32,000 nt of DNA. It comes from Chlamydiota bacterium (GTDB lineage Bacteria > Auribacterota > JACPWU01). The translations under genes and the position numbers were made by a program. The stretch spans positions 4,471 through 36,470 of the forward strand of contig JACPWU010000025.1 in the NCBI GenBank assembly GCA_016196885.1, written 5' to 3'. Position 1 is the stretch's first letter, and each line of letters opens with the position of its first letter. Below the pieces are notes generated by a model. It searched no databases, was not told the DNA's origin, and worked only from the letters and a program-made list of their open reading frames with translations. Positions 15,731 through 24,332 of this stretch are shown here, piece after piece.

Positions 15731-17374
15731 ATGAAAAGAAGGTTTCACGGAATTATTTTAGGTATTGGGATTTTGATGATGTTTGCAATCAATGGGCACT
15801 GTGAAGCAGTTCACCCTTGGGCGGTTTGGTCGGCTTCTGACGGAAATGATTTAGAAATTTATGCCTCACATGAGGGAGATAGTTCTTGGAATGTTCCCGA
15901 AAAAATTCATTCGGATAATGCTGTTTCTGATACCTCTCCTGCCATTGTAATTGATTCCACAGGTAAGGCTTTTGTTGCTTGGGTAAGAGAAAATGGAGAT
16001 AAAGAGGAAATTTATTGTTCGAGATGGGATGGTTTACGTTGGTCTTTGGAAGAGCCTGTGGGTGTTCTTCAGGGTGTGCGATTTTCTGTGCCAGCTGTGA
16101 CGGTAGATGACAAAGGAAATCCTTGGATTGTCGCTTCGGGTGTGAAAAATAATGGTCAGGACGAAATTTATGAAACACATCGTACTGTGACGGGTTGGAC
16201 AGCGTGGATGCGTGTGAATCAAGAGGATGCATCTCCAGATGTGGACCCCACCGTGATGGCTTATCAAGATCAAGTTTGGGTCATTTGGAGTGGGTATGAT
16301 GGTGAGAATTATCAACTTTTCGGAAGACATTCCAATGGGAAAAGCTGGACTCAAGAGGAAAAGCTTTTTCAAGGGGGAGGATTTTCGCAGAGTTTTCCTT
16401 CTCTAAGCGTTGAAGGTGGGAAATTCAAGCTTTCTTTTTACAAAAGCGATGAAGGGATGTTTAGCTTTTGGGATGGCCAGAATTGGTCTTTTCCTTCTTC
16501 TGCTACATTTTCGCTAGAAGAAAACTTGATTAACATTTGGAAATCTCAAGCTGTTTATAAAGGTCAGACCGCTTGGTTTGAGGGTCCAGAAAATAGAGGT
16601 GCTTTTAATATTTTACTTAAATCGGATGAGGCTAAAACTTCTACAAAATGGGTTGCTCGTTTGAAGAAGCTTTTTGATATATCAGGAAATGAAGCTTGGG
16701 CGGCCACTGCAAATGTTTACACTGCTTTTGGAGACAGTATTACAGAAGGAGGATATCCTCCTTTTTTACAAAATCGCTTGAGTGGGGCGACGGTTGTAAA
16801 CAGGGGGAGAGGAGGAGAGCTTACGGACGGTGGTTTGAGCCGAATTGGGGGTGTTTTGGCGGCTGATAGTCCTGAGTTCATTCTGATTATGGAAGGAACC
16901 AATGACGCTGGGAATGAGCATTCTCAGGAATCGATTGCTTTTAATTTGGAACAGATGGTTGCCAAAGCAGCAGCTACAGGGACCAAACCCATCCTTTCAA
17001 CCATTACTCCTCGTAAGGACAACCACAATGGAAAAGTGGAAAAGGTGAATGCCCTGCTTCGAGAGTTTGCGGGCTCTAACGGAGTTCCCTTAACAGACAA
17101 TTATGCGGTGATTATTGCCAAACCCATTGCTGAATTTGATAGTTTGTACACGGATCATCTTCATTTCAATAGTGCTGGAAATGACATCATTGCCCAAGAC
17201 TTTTTTGACACGATTAACAGTGTTAAAGGGGGTGGCAGCGGCGGTGGCGGTGGGTGCGGTTCTGTGAAACCCAATTTTCCTTCGAAATGGAATTTGAATT
17301 TGGAACCTTTGTTGTTCTCCATTTTTGTTTTCTTAATTTTGAGAAAAATGAGAAGAGTTTCTAAAGCCCGTTGA
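15731..17374 (+). CDS. secreted repeat-domain + SGNH/GDSL hydrolase protein with a Gly-rich linker and a C-terminal TM/basic sorting-type tail
   Basis: An N-terminal signal peptide (MKRRFHGIILGIGILMMFAINGHCEA) is followed by 4-5 tandem ~45-50 aa repeats (pattern ..W....G..EIY......G..W..PE..). The SGNH blocks are FGDSITEGG (I), GTNDAG (III) and DHLHFN (V). The protein ends with GGGSGGGGGCGS, then NLEP-LLFSIFVFLIL-RKMRRVSKAR. Confidence 0.85.
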   Translation: MKRRFHGIILGIGILMMFAINGHCEAVHPWAVWSASDGNDLEIYASHEGDSSWNVPEKIHSDNAVSDTSPAIVIDSTGKAFVAWVRENGDKEEIYCSRWDGLRWSLEEPVGVLQGVRFSVPAVTVDDKGNPWIVASGVKNNGQDEIYETHRTVTGWTAWMRVNQEDASPDVDPTVMAYQDQVWVIWSGYDGENYQLFGRHSNGKSWTQEEKLFQGGGFSQSFPSLSVEGGKFKLSFYKSDEGMFSFWDGQNWSFPSSATFSLEENLINIWKSQAVYKGQTAWFEGPENRGAFNILLKSDEAKTSTKWVARLKKLFDISGNEAWAATANVYTAFGDSITEGGYPPFLQNRLSGATVVNRGRGGELTDGGLSRIGGVLAADSPEFILIMEGTNDAGNEHSQESIAFNLEQMVAKAAATGTKPILSTITPRKDNHNGKVEKVNALLREFAGSNGVPLTDNYAVIIAKPIAEFDSLYTDHLHFNSAGNDIIAQDFFDTINSVKGGGSGGGGGCGSVKPNFPSKWNLNLEPLLFSIFVFLILRKMRRVSKAR

Positions 17375-20304
17375 AAACGTTTGTTTGGCTTGCAGTGATC
17401 ATTCTCTTGGGGATGATCCTGAGGACTTTTTATTTGGTCACCCCTACAGTGGATTCAGATCAAGCTGTTTTTGGTCTGATGGCCATGCATATTTTAAAAG
17501 GGGAGTTTCCACTTATTCAATGGGGTTTCCCTTACATGTCTTCGGGGGAATCCTTTTTTGCAGCCCCCTTTTTTTATTTTCTGGGGGCTTCTCCTTTTAC
17601 GCTCGACTTAGCTATCGCCATTGAATCTTTGATTTTTGTCTGGCTCATTTTTTTTGTGGGCCGAAGAATCGGAGGCTCTCAAATGGGGCTTCTCTCGGCC
17701 CTTTACGTGGCGATCCCCCCTTCCTATCTCGCCATTCATTGTGTTTTGGCTCGAGGGGCCTACATTGAGACGCTGATTTTGGGGACCCTTGCCTTTTGGA
17801 TGGCCCTTCGCATTTTTTATCCAGAGGGCGGGAAAGACCGGGGACCTCTTTCTTATTTTTTGCTGGGCACCGCTTTTGGCCTGGGCCTTTGGTTTCATTT
17901 TCTGATTATCTTTTTCATGGTACCCATTGGCTTTTTTTTTCTCATCAAGCCCAAAACACTTTTCAGAAAAGAGATCTCACTCTTAGTTTTAGGATTTCTT
18001 TTAGGAAGTCTTCCGTTTTGGGTCCACAATTTTTATCACGGCTTCGAAGGCATTGCCTATCTTTCCAGGCATGAAAAGAGGCATCACACTTTTTGGCAGG
18101 GGTTGTCCCAATATGTGGGAAGGGATCTTTGCATTATCTTAGGCATGTTTCGCGATCATATTCAAACCGCCTTGACTTGGGTGAATGTCCCCTTCATTAT
18201 TTTGTACGCGGCTTTTTTAGTTTATGGTTGGGGCCAATGGCTGAAATCCTTTTTTCACAAAGAGCCTTTGAAGGGGATTGGGCTTGTGCTTATTTTTCTT
18301 CTTTTTTATATCTTGATCGTGGATGAAAGTGAGTACATCGAGAAAGATACACGAAGATATTATGTCCCCCTTTTCGCGGGGCTCCCCCTTCTTTGGGCTT
18401 GGGTGGTTCAATCCTGGTCAAGGCGGTCTCGAGTTCTCAAAATTTCTCTCGTCAGTGCCTTCCTGTTTTTTCATCTCTTCACGAATTTCCGAGAAGCGGC
18501 TGTCTTCCATCCGGATTCGTTCAAACCTTATCAGGAAAAGGTTCGCAAGGAAAAAGAACTGATTCATTTCTTAGAAGAGAAAAATCTTCGCCAAATTAAT
18601 TACGAAGATTATTGGCTGGGATTTCGATTGAATTTCATAGCACAAGAAAAAATCATTTTTGCTCGAACATTCTACGAGCGCTATCGTCCCTATGAAGATA
18701 TTTTGGAGCGCTCAGATCATCCTGTCTTTCTGGATGGGGCCAGCCAAAAATTTGGCCCCCTTTTCAAAATCATCGGGGGGAGTTGCGAGGAAAATCGTGT
18801 GGGAGATTGGAGTGTGTATCATGATTTTGTGGAGCCACAAGGTCGTTATCGTCAAGTCAATCTTCAGAATGCTCACGTTTCTGCCTCTGACCGGACAGAG
18901 GAGGCAAAATATGTTTTGGATCGTGATGCGGAAACCGCATGGACGAGTGGACGGCCTCGCTCGCCTGGGATGTGGGTCCAAATAGACCTGGGAAGGACCT
19001 ATTCTCTGGGCCTCCTGCGGCTTTGGGATCGTCCTCATCATTTTCGGGATACGGCGCTTCAAGTGAGTGTTCAAGTGAGTTTGAATGGCGAGGAATGGAA
19101 AGAGGTCATTCCTCCGACACGGGGAGATTTTTATTATTGGAATGGCCCCAGAATTTACGGTTGGGAATTGGGCTATCGCTCGGAGGCGCGCCTTGGCCCT
19201 GTTCAGGCGCGGTTTATTCGTATCACTGGGCACGAGGCTGATTCTCAGCATCCTTGGATGATCTATGAAATTTTTGTCTATGAGCATGTGGGGGAGGAGA
19301 GGAATGTTAAGGATCAACCTCGGGTCATTCAGGCGATTCAAGAATTGAAATTAGAAAAAGTCTACGCCGATCGCTGGCTGAGCTCTAAAATCAAGGAAGA
19401 CACCCAGGGAAAGGTTCAAACGGTGGAGCCTTTTAGCTATCCCCACTTCTATGGGGAGATGCCAAGCCGCCTCATCGAATGGGGCCCTCATGTAGGCTTT
19501 GCAGTGGAAGATGCGGACGCGGAGCAATTTGAAAAGGAGGCCCAGCAAGAAGGTTTCAACCTCTCTCGTCGAGATTGTGGAAGGTGGAGTCTTTTTTATT
19601 TTTCCCATTGGGGTGGAGAAGAGGAGGAAATGGGAAAGGTCCCCAGTTTTTGGTGGACGGGTTTTGGAATTCTTAAAACCAATAGAAAGTTGAGGAGCGA
19701 GTATTTGGGCATAAGAGCTAGAAAATATGCGGAGAAAGGGGATTGGGCCTCTGCTCTGCGATATGATGAAAAAGCCTTGGAACGTTATTCCAACCATCAA
19801 GGGGTTCGGTGGGAATTGATTCAAGTTTTGGAAAAGCTAGGTCGGCTTGACGAGGCTCAAGAACAATTGGAAGAATTAAAATGGCAAACGGAACCTCGGG
19901 AGAAAATGCCCATTCTCTTTGAAAAGGGAGTCGAATTTTTGGGATTCTCGATCGAGTCTCATGAGGCCCATACGGGTCAGACGCTTCCTATTTATTATTA
20001 TTGGAGATTGAATCAAGATCCAGGATCCGGGATGGGTGTTTTTGTTCATCTGAAAGGCCCGGGCCCTTTGATTCAAGGGGATCATAAATTTTTGGATCGT
20101 AACATGAAAGTGTGGCCGGCCCTGGAGGGGGAGATTTTTTATGAGGAAGAGCTTTTAAAAATTCCAGAAGTCACGCCTCCGGGACAGTACGAAATTTGGT
20201 TGGGTTTATTCGATTTGGGAACCGAGAGGCGCTGGAAGGTCAAGAAGACGGAGCTGAAAGAGAATCAAGGGGCTGTTTTTGTGGGAAGAATCCAGGTAAA
20301 ATGA
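17371..20304 (+). CDS. GT-C glycosyltransferase (GT39/ArnT-like) fused to an F5/8-type-C (discoidin) domain, TPR and a C-terminal beta domain
   Basis: 977 aa. The N-terminal ~380 aa are polytopic, with DSDQAVFGLMAMHIL in the first loop. A discoidin-like segment (DRDAETAWTSG...WVQIDLG...ARFIRI...IYEIFVYE) lies at about 18880-19290, and a TPR-like segment (EKGDWASALRYDEKALE...LGRLDEAQ) at about 19700-19870. The TTG start overlaps the upstream stop codon (TTGA). Confidence 0.85.
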   Translation: MKTFVWLAVIILLGMILRTFYLVTPTVDSDQAVFGLMAMHILKGEFPLIQWGFPYMSSGESFFAAPFFYFLGASPFTLDLAIAIESLIFVWLIFFVGRRIGGSQMGLLSALYVAIPPSYLAIHCVLARGAYIETLILGTLAFWMALRIFYPEGGKDRGPLSYFLLGTAFGLGLWFHFLIIFFMVPIGFFFLIKPKTLFRKEISLLVLGFLLGSLPFWVHNFYHGFEGIAYLSRHEKRHHTFWQGLSQYVGRDLCIILGMFRDHIQTALTWVNVPFIILYAAFLVYGWGQWLKSFFHKEPLKGIGLVLIFLLFYILIVDESEYIEKDTRRYYVPLFAGLPLLWAWVVQSWSRRSRVLKISLVSAFLFFHLFTNFREAAVFHPDSFKPYQEKVRKEKELIHFLEEKNLRQINYEDYWLGFRLNFIAQEKIIFARTFYERYRPYEDILERSDHPVFLDGASQKFGPLFKIIGGSCEENRVGDWSVYHDFVEPQGRYRQVNLQNAHVSASDRTEEAKYVLDRDAETAWTSGRPRSPGMWVQIDLGRTYSLGLLRLWDRPHHFRDTALQVSVQVSLNGEEWKEVIPPTRGDFYYWNGPRIYGWELGYRSEARLGPVQARFIRITGHEADSQHPWMIYEIFVYEHVGEERNVKDQPRVIQAIQELKLEKVYADRWLSSKIKEDTQGKVQTVEPFSYPHFYGEMPSRLIEWGPHVGFAVEDADAEQFEKEAQQEGFNLSRRDCGRWSLFYFSHWGGEEEEMGKVPSFWWTGFGILKTNRKLRSEYLGIRARKYAEKGDWASALRYDEKALERYSNHQGVRWELIQVLEKLGRLDEAQEQLEELKWQTEPREKMPILFEKGVEFLGFSIESHEAHTGQTLPIYYYWRLNQDPGSGMGVFVHLKGPGPLIQGDHKFLDRNMKVWPALEGEIFYEEELLKIPEVTPPGQYEIWLGLFDLGTERRWKVKKTELKENQGAVFVGRIQVK

Positions 20305-20311
20305 AACATCC

Positions 20312-23026
20312 ATGACCAAAGCCAATTCAGGTCCATCTTCTTTCAAATCTTTTCTGTCGGACAGTTTTTATGTTCTGACACTCTTTTTTCTTCCTTTCAT
20401 CCGATACGGAAAAATGATGGCTTCCTGTCTTGCGGGTCCGTTATTTTCAACAGCAGACATGAGTGGCATCCATTCCAACCAGCTCTTCTTTTTTGAAAAT
20501 TTAAAGAGAGGAATCCTATCCCTCTGGAATTCCCATGTCTCTTCAGGATTTCCCATTTTTGGAGATATTCAAAATGCCCTTTTTTATCCGCTTCAGGGTC
20601 TTTTTTTCCTATTGATGAAACAAGGCGTGTTGAAACTTCATGCAATGCAAATGATGGAAATTTTTCATTACTCCTTGGCCGGAATTTTTTCTTATGTTTG
20701 CGCTCGCTCTTTCAAATGGAGTCGTTTCGCCTCATTTGTTACAGGTCTTTCCTACATGTTCTCAGGTTTCTTGTGGGCCCATGGAGCTCAGGCAAATACG
20801 GTAGAGGCTGCTGCTTGGCTGCCTCTGATTTTTATGTGTATGCATCAAGCATTCGAGAAAAAAAGTTTTGGTCACGCCCTCGCTTGTGGTTTCGCATGGG
20901 CCCTTTCCTTCCTGGCGGGGGATTCCCAAGGTACCTTTTGTGTTTTTTTCTTTCTGGGGCTTTATTTTATTTTTCAGTGCGTTTGGGAAATAGGAGACCG
21001 TGGATTTTCAATGAGGATTCTTTCATATCCTTTCCTTTTTGGCCTTGTAGGATTGACCTTTATGGGTGTTGCAGCCATTCAGCTCTTACCCTCTCTTGAA
21101 TGGGCGAGGAGGGCCTCACCCCTTTCGCTTCCTTTTTCGAACCTCACGGCGCTTTCTCTGAAACCCCGTTATTTCCTCAGTTTTCTCATTCCCTTTTTTG
21201 TCCCGGATGGGGAAATAGGATTAAAGGAGGGATACGTCTATTTGGGGCTTTTGCCGCCTTATTTTGCCTTTGCTTCTCTTCTGTATGTCAAAAAGGAAAG
21301 AAAAATCCTTTTTCTTGCCCTGATGGCTCTTTTGTCTTTTTTCTTGTCAATGGGGAGCGATAGTTTCATCCATTTTCTTTTCTATCGTTTCATTCCGGGG
21401 AGTTCTTTTTTTTCACCTCCTCGATTTATTTTTCTCTTCAGTTTTTGCGCGGCCCTTCTGGCGGGATGTGGGATAGAATTTCTCATTCGAGAAAAAGGAA
21501 GGCTGCCCTTCTTAAGTTTACTTTTAGGGGGGCTTGGCATCTCTCTAGGAGTAGGGTTCTGGATTCAAATTTCAGGAGGGCCTCTTTCAAGAGGGGATTT
21601 GCTGGATCGTTATTATTTATTCCTTCTTGTTTTGGCGCTTTCCTGTTTGGCCTTAAAAGTTTTTGAGAAGGGAAAATCTTCCCGAGGGAGCCTCTTCTTC
21701 CTGACTTTTATTTTGCTCTTTGATTTGTTGAGTGCGACCTCCTCCTTTCAAAAAACTGAAAGTACTTTGTCTTGTCCCATCTCAAATTCTCACGATTTTT
21801 TGCAAGGATCTCGGGGTCTTTTCCGTGTCAAAGATGAAATCGGACTTTGGAAGCCTCTGAGGGATGAACAGGCTCCTCTCATGGACCGTGTGGAAGGGAA
21901 TGAGGAGAGTTCTGCACGTTTAGATTTATATTCTCGTTTCCTCGCAAAAACCGTTGAGAACGCCCGGCTTCTGGATTTCTTGAACACCCGATTCTGGGTG
22001 ACGTCAGACGAGCCTATGAATGAGTCCTGGTCAAAAAAATATCGTCGGGTCAAATTGAGTCGCATTCATTCCAGAAAAGAATTAGAAATTCACTGGCCTC
22101 GAGAAAAGGATGTCATAAACTCTATTCAGCTCGTTTCTTGTTTAGAAAATGCCCAGGACATTCGTCAGGGGACAACCGTTGCTCAATTACAAATAGTAGA
22201 TCATAAGGGTAAATTCTACACCTTCCCCATACGGGCAGGACTAGAGGCGTCCGAGGGGATGTATGATCGCCCGGATATTTTTTTGAAAATCAAGCACCAT
22301 CGAACCCTGATTGCCTCTTCCTCAAATGTCGAGGGAGAAACTTATCAGGCCCATCAGTATCTGGCGCATTTCGATCTTCCGAAACCGATTCGGCCTGTGA
22401 GGGCTGTTTTTCATTATCTTGTTGCCGAGGGTGATTGGATGGTTCAGTCGGTGACGTTGAATGATGTGAATATTTTTGACTCCAAAGATCGTTTCAAGAA
22501 AGTGGCCCCTCAAGTTTTTGAAAATCAATATGTCCTGCCGCGCGCATTTTTAGTCCCCCGGGCAGAAGTGATTCCGAGTAAAGAAGATATTGAAAAAGAG
22601 CTTTGTGATTTAGAACCCTCTGAAACGGTTCTGCTTTCGAAAGCGCCGCCAGGCTATGTTCCTCTTCCCCTTATTTCTGAAAACTCAAAAAAGACAGAGG
22701 TTGAAATTAAGAAGTATTCTCCTGAAGAAATTTTGCTTGAAACAGATTGCCTTCGTCAGGTTTTTTTAGTCATAAGCGAGAATTTTTATCCAGGATGGAA
22801 AGCGGAAGTAGACGGCCAAAAAGCGGAAATTTACCAGGCCAATCTTTCTTTCAGAGCCCTGCTTTTAGAGAAAGGCAAACATACCATTCGAATGGTTTTT
22901 CACCCGGCCTCATTTAAGTGGGGATTAAGACTTTCTCTGGGCTCTCTTTCTTTTTTAGGGCTTTATGCGATTTTTTCTCTTCTGATGAAGAGACGTTGGG
23001 CGTCCCATTTAAAATCCGAGTCCTAA
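20312..23026 (+). CDS. YfhO-family membrane protein (GT-C fold glycosyltransferase)
   Basis: 904 aa. The polytopic N-terminal half contains LWNSHVSSGFPIFGDIQNALFYP. The C-terminal ENFYPGWKAEVDGQKAEIYQANLSFRALLLEKGKHTIRMVF followed by a final TM helix is the classic YfhO ending. Confidence 0.85.
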   Translation: MTKANSGPSSFKSFLSDSFYVLTLFFLPFIRYGKMMASCLAGPLFSTADMSGIHSNQLFFFENLKRGILSLWNSHVSSGFPIFGDIQNALFYPLQGLFFLLMKQGVLKLHAMQMMEIFHYSLAGIFSYVCARSFKWSRFASFVTGLSYMFSGFLWAHGAQANTVEAAAWLPLIFMCMHQAFEKKSFGHALACGFAWALSFLAGDSQGTFCVFFFLGLYFIFQCVWEIGDRGFSMRILSYPFLFGLVGLTFMGVAAIQLLPSLEWARRASPLSLPFSNLTALSLKPRYFLSFLIPFFVPDGEIGLKEGYVYLGLLPPYFAFASLLYVKKERKILFLALMALLSFFLSMGSDSFIHFLFYRFIPGSSFFSPPRFIFLFSFCAALLAGCGIEFLIREKGRLPFLSLLLGGLGISLGVGFWIQISGGPLSRGDLLDRYYLFLLVLALSCLALKVFEKGKSSRGSLFFLTFILLFDLLSATSSFQKTESTLSCPISNSHDFLQGSRGLFRVKDEIGLWKPLRDEQAPLMDRVEGNEESSARLDLYSRFLAKTVENARLLDFLNTRFWVTSDEPMNESWSKKYRRVKLSRIHSRKELEIHWPREKDVINSIQLVSCLENAQDIRQGTTVAQLQIVDHKGKFYTFPIRAGLEASEGMYDRPDIFLKIKHHRTLIASSSNVEGETYQAHQYLAHFDLPKPIRPVRAVFHYLVAEGDWMVQSVTLNDVNIFDSKDRFKKVAPQVFENQYVLPRAFLVPRAEVIPSKEDIEKELCDLEPSETVLLSKAPPGYVPLPLISENSKKTEVEIKKYSPEEILLETDCLRQVFLVISENFYPGWKAEVDGQKAEIYQANLSFRALLLEKGKHTIRMVFHPASFKWGLRLSLGSLSFLGLYAIFSLLMKRRWASHLKSES

Positions 23027-24044
23027 TCTTGCTGCAAATCCCTGTAAAAGGATATTGAGATAGCTCGATAGATTTTACCCATTTGTAATTTTTTGACGGA
23101 ATTTTGCCTTTTACCCATCGGCCTAAATAAATATCAAGAGATTCTATGAGATGGGTGTAAACATGTTTCACTTGTCTTATTTTTTCTCCTGCTGAAATTA
23201 AAATACCTATTTCTTGATGTGAATATTTTTGAAGTAATTTTGATCCTTCTTTTTTTTCTGAGACGCGAAAGTTAGGAAATTCCCAAAGGCCTCCCAAAAG
23301 ACCTTTCAGAGGTCTCTGATGAATTAAAATTTTGTCTTCTTTCCAAATGATGCCTCCCACTGTTTTAATCGCTTTTTGTACAACGCGTTTCATCAGGGGA
23401 GGGTAATCAGCTTGGAGCCCTTTTGCAAAGGCCTGGCAATTTTTTTGGAGAGGACAAATCAGACACTGCGGATTCTGGGGGGTACAGATTGTTGCCCCTA
23501 ACTCCATCATGGCTTGATTAAAATCTCCCGCTCTTCCGTGAGCCAAGATTTTTTCCGCCTGTTCTTGAATTTTATCTTTGTCATCTGGGGTGAGAAAAAG
23601 TCGTGAAATGACACGTCGAACATTCCCGTCTACAACAGGTGTGTCTTCATCAAACGCAATGCTGGCAATAGCACTTGCGGTGTAGGGGCCAATCCCTGAA
23701 AGTTGAATCAATTCTTGTGCCGATGTGGGAATTTTCCCCTGATATTTTTGAACAATTTCTTGTGCCGCCTTGTGAAAGTTTCGTGCTCTTGCGTAATAGC
23801 CAAGTCCTTCCCAAAAAGGGAGAATATCATCCACTGTGGCCTGAGCCAGTTTTTGAATCGAAGGAAACCTTTTCATCCACCGCTCATAATAAGGAATCAC
23901 GGTCTGAACTTGCGTTTGCTGAAGCATAATCTCCGAGACCCAAATGGCATAAGGATCTTTCGTTCGCCGCCAAGGGAGGTCCCGCTTATGCTGGTCGTAC
24001 CAGGAAAGAAGAGAGTGTTGGATATTTTGGGTGTTTTGCGACAT
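22914..24044 (-). CDS. mutY: A/G-specific adenine DNA glycosylase MutY
   Basis: 376 aa with DLPWRRTKDPYAIWVSEIMLQQTQV, HhH-GPD LSGIGPYTASAI, the 4Fe-4S cluster C-x6-C-x2-C-x5-C (CTPQNPQCLICPLQKNC), and a C-terminal NUDIX-like domain. Confidence 0.95.
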   Translation of the reverse strand: MSQNTQNIQHSLLSWYDQHKRDLPWRRTKDPYAIWVSEIMLQQTQVQTVIPYYERWMKRFPSIQKLAQATVDDILPFWEGLGYYARARNFHKAAQEIVQKYQGKIPTSAQELIQLSGIGPYTASAIASIAFDEDTPVVDGNVRRVISRLFLTPDDKDKIQEQAEKILAHGRAGDFNQAMMELGATICTPQNPQCLICPLQKNCQAFAKGLQADYPPLMKRVVQKAIKTVGGIIWKEDKILIHQRPLKGLLGGLWEFPNFRVSEKKEGSKLLQKYSHQEIGILISAGEKIRQVKHVYTHLIESLDIYLGRWVKGKIPSKNYKWVKSIELSQYPFTGICSKIRTRILNGTPNVSSSEEKKSHKALKKKESPEKVLIPT

Positions 24045-24136
24045 TTTTGGACCTCATTCTCACAAATTCATTTCTTTTTAGCTATGAGAAAATATATCTC
24101 TTTCTCTAAGAATAGGTTAAGAAAATAATTTTTTAG

Positions 24137-24266
24137 GTATATGCACTTGACTTAAAGATGTCGTCCATTTGTAGTCGCCCGATTTATCGGGCTATCCACG
24201 GATTGCCCCATGAATGGGGCGACTACACTTAACGGATCAAGGATATTTGAGTCAAGTGCATATGCC
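24137..24266. repeat. REPIN-like element, copy 4 (core 24171-24226) in the same long outer palindrome as copy 2, but with the core inverted
   Basis: The core is GTAGTCGCCCGATTTATCGGGC-TATCCACGGATT-GCCCCATGAATGGGGCGACTAC, which is the reverse complement of the copy 2 core with 2 mismatches in 56 nt. The flanks (ATGCACTTGACTT..TGTCGTCCATTT on the left, CTTAACGGATCAAGG..AGTCAAGTGCAT on the right) are collinear with the copy 2 flanks. Confidence 0.8.
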
Positions 24267-24332
24267 TTTAATTTTTTTTGACTTTTTTGACTCGCTTTGT
24301 GTCTCTATATTTGTAACAAAGAGAGGGGCTCC

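Noticed and set aside
18712-19341. 209-aa minus-strand ORF, and several 64-157-aa ORFs on both strands, within 17.4-20.1 kb
   Set aside because: All are nested inside the GT39-like gene, whose frame carries clear TM, discoidin and TPR signatures. The alternative frames give Arg/Pro/Ser-rich nonsense.
2640-24226. Whether the recurring GTAGTCGCCC... palindromes could be a CRISPR array
   Set aside because: The copies are 3.6-9.5 kb apart and separated by genes, not by regular 25-40-nt spacers. Each unit is an inverted doublet, and no cas genes are present.
24278-24311. Promoter for the giant ORF from the duplicated TTTTTTGAC/TTGACT boxes and TATATT
   Set aside because: The spacing from either TTGACT to TATATT is 13 or 22 nt, outside the 16-18 nt window, so the promoter cannot be supported from sequence alone.
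24297-24332. The track's upstream start for the giant ORF (and, similarly, TTG 5171 for the AsnB-like gene)
   Set aside because: ATG 24333 has a GAGAGGGG Shine-Dalgarno sequence and begins a proper signal peptide. For the AsnB-like gene, the catalytic Cys must be residue 2, which forces the ATG at 5189.
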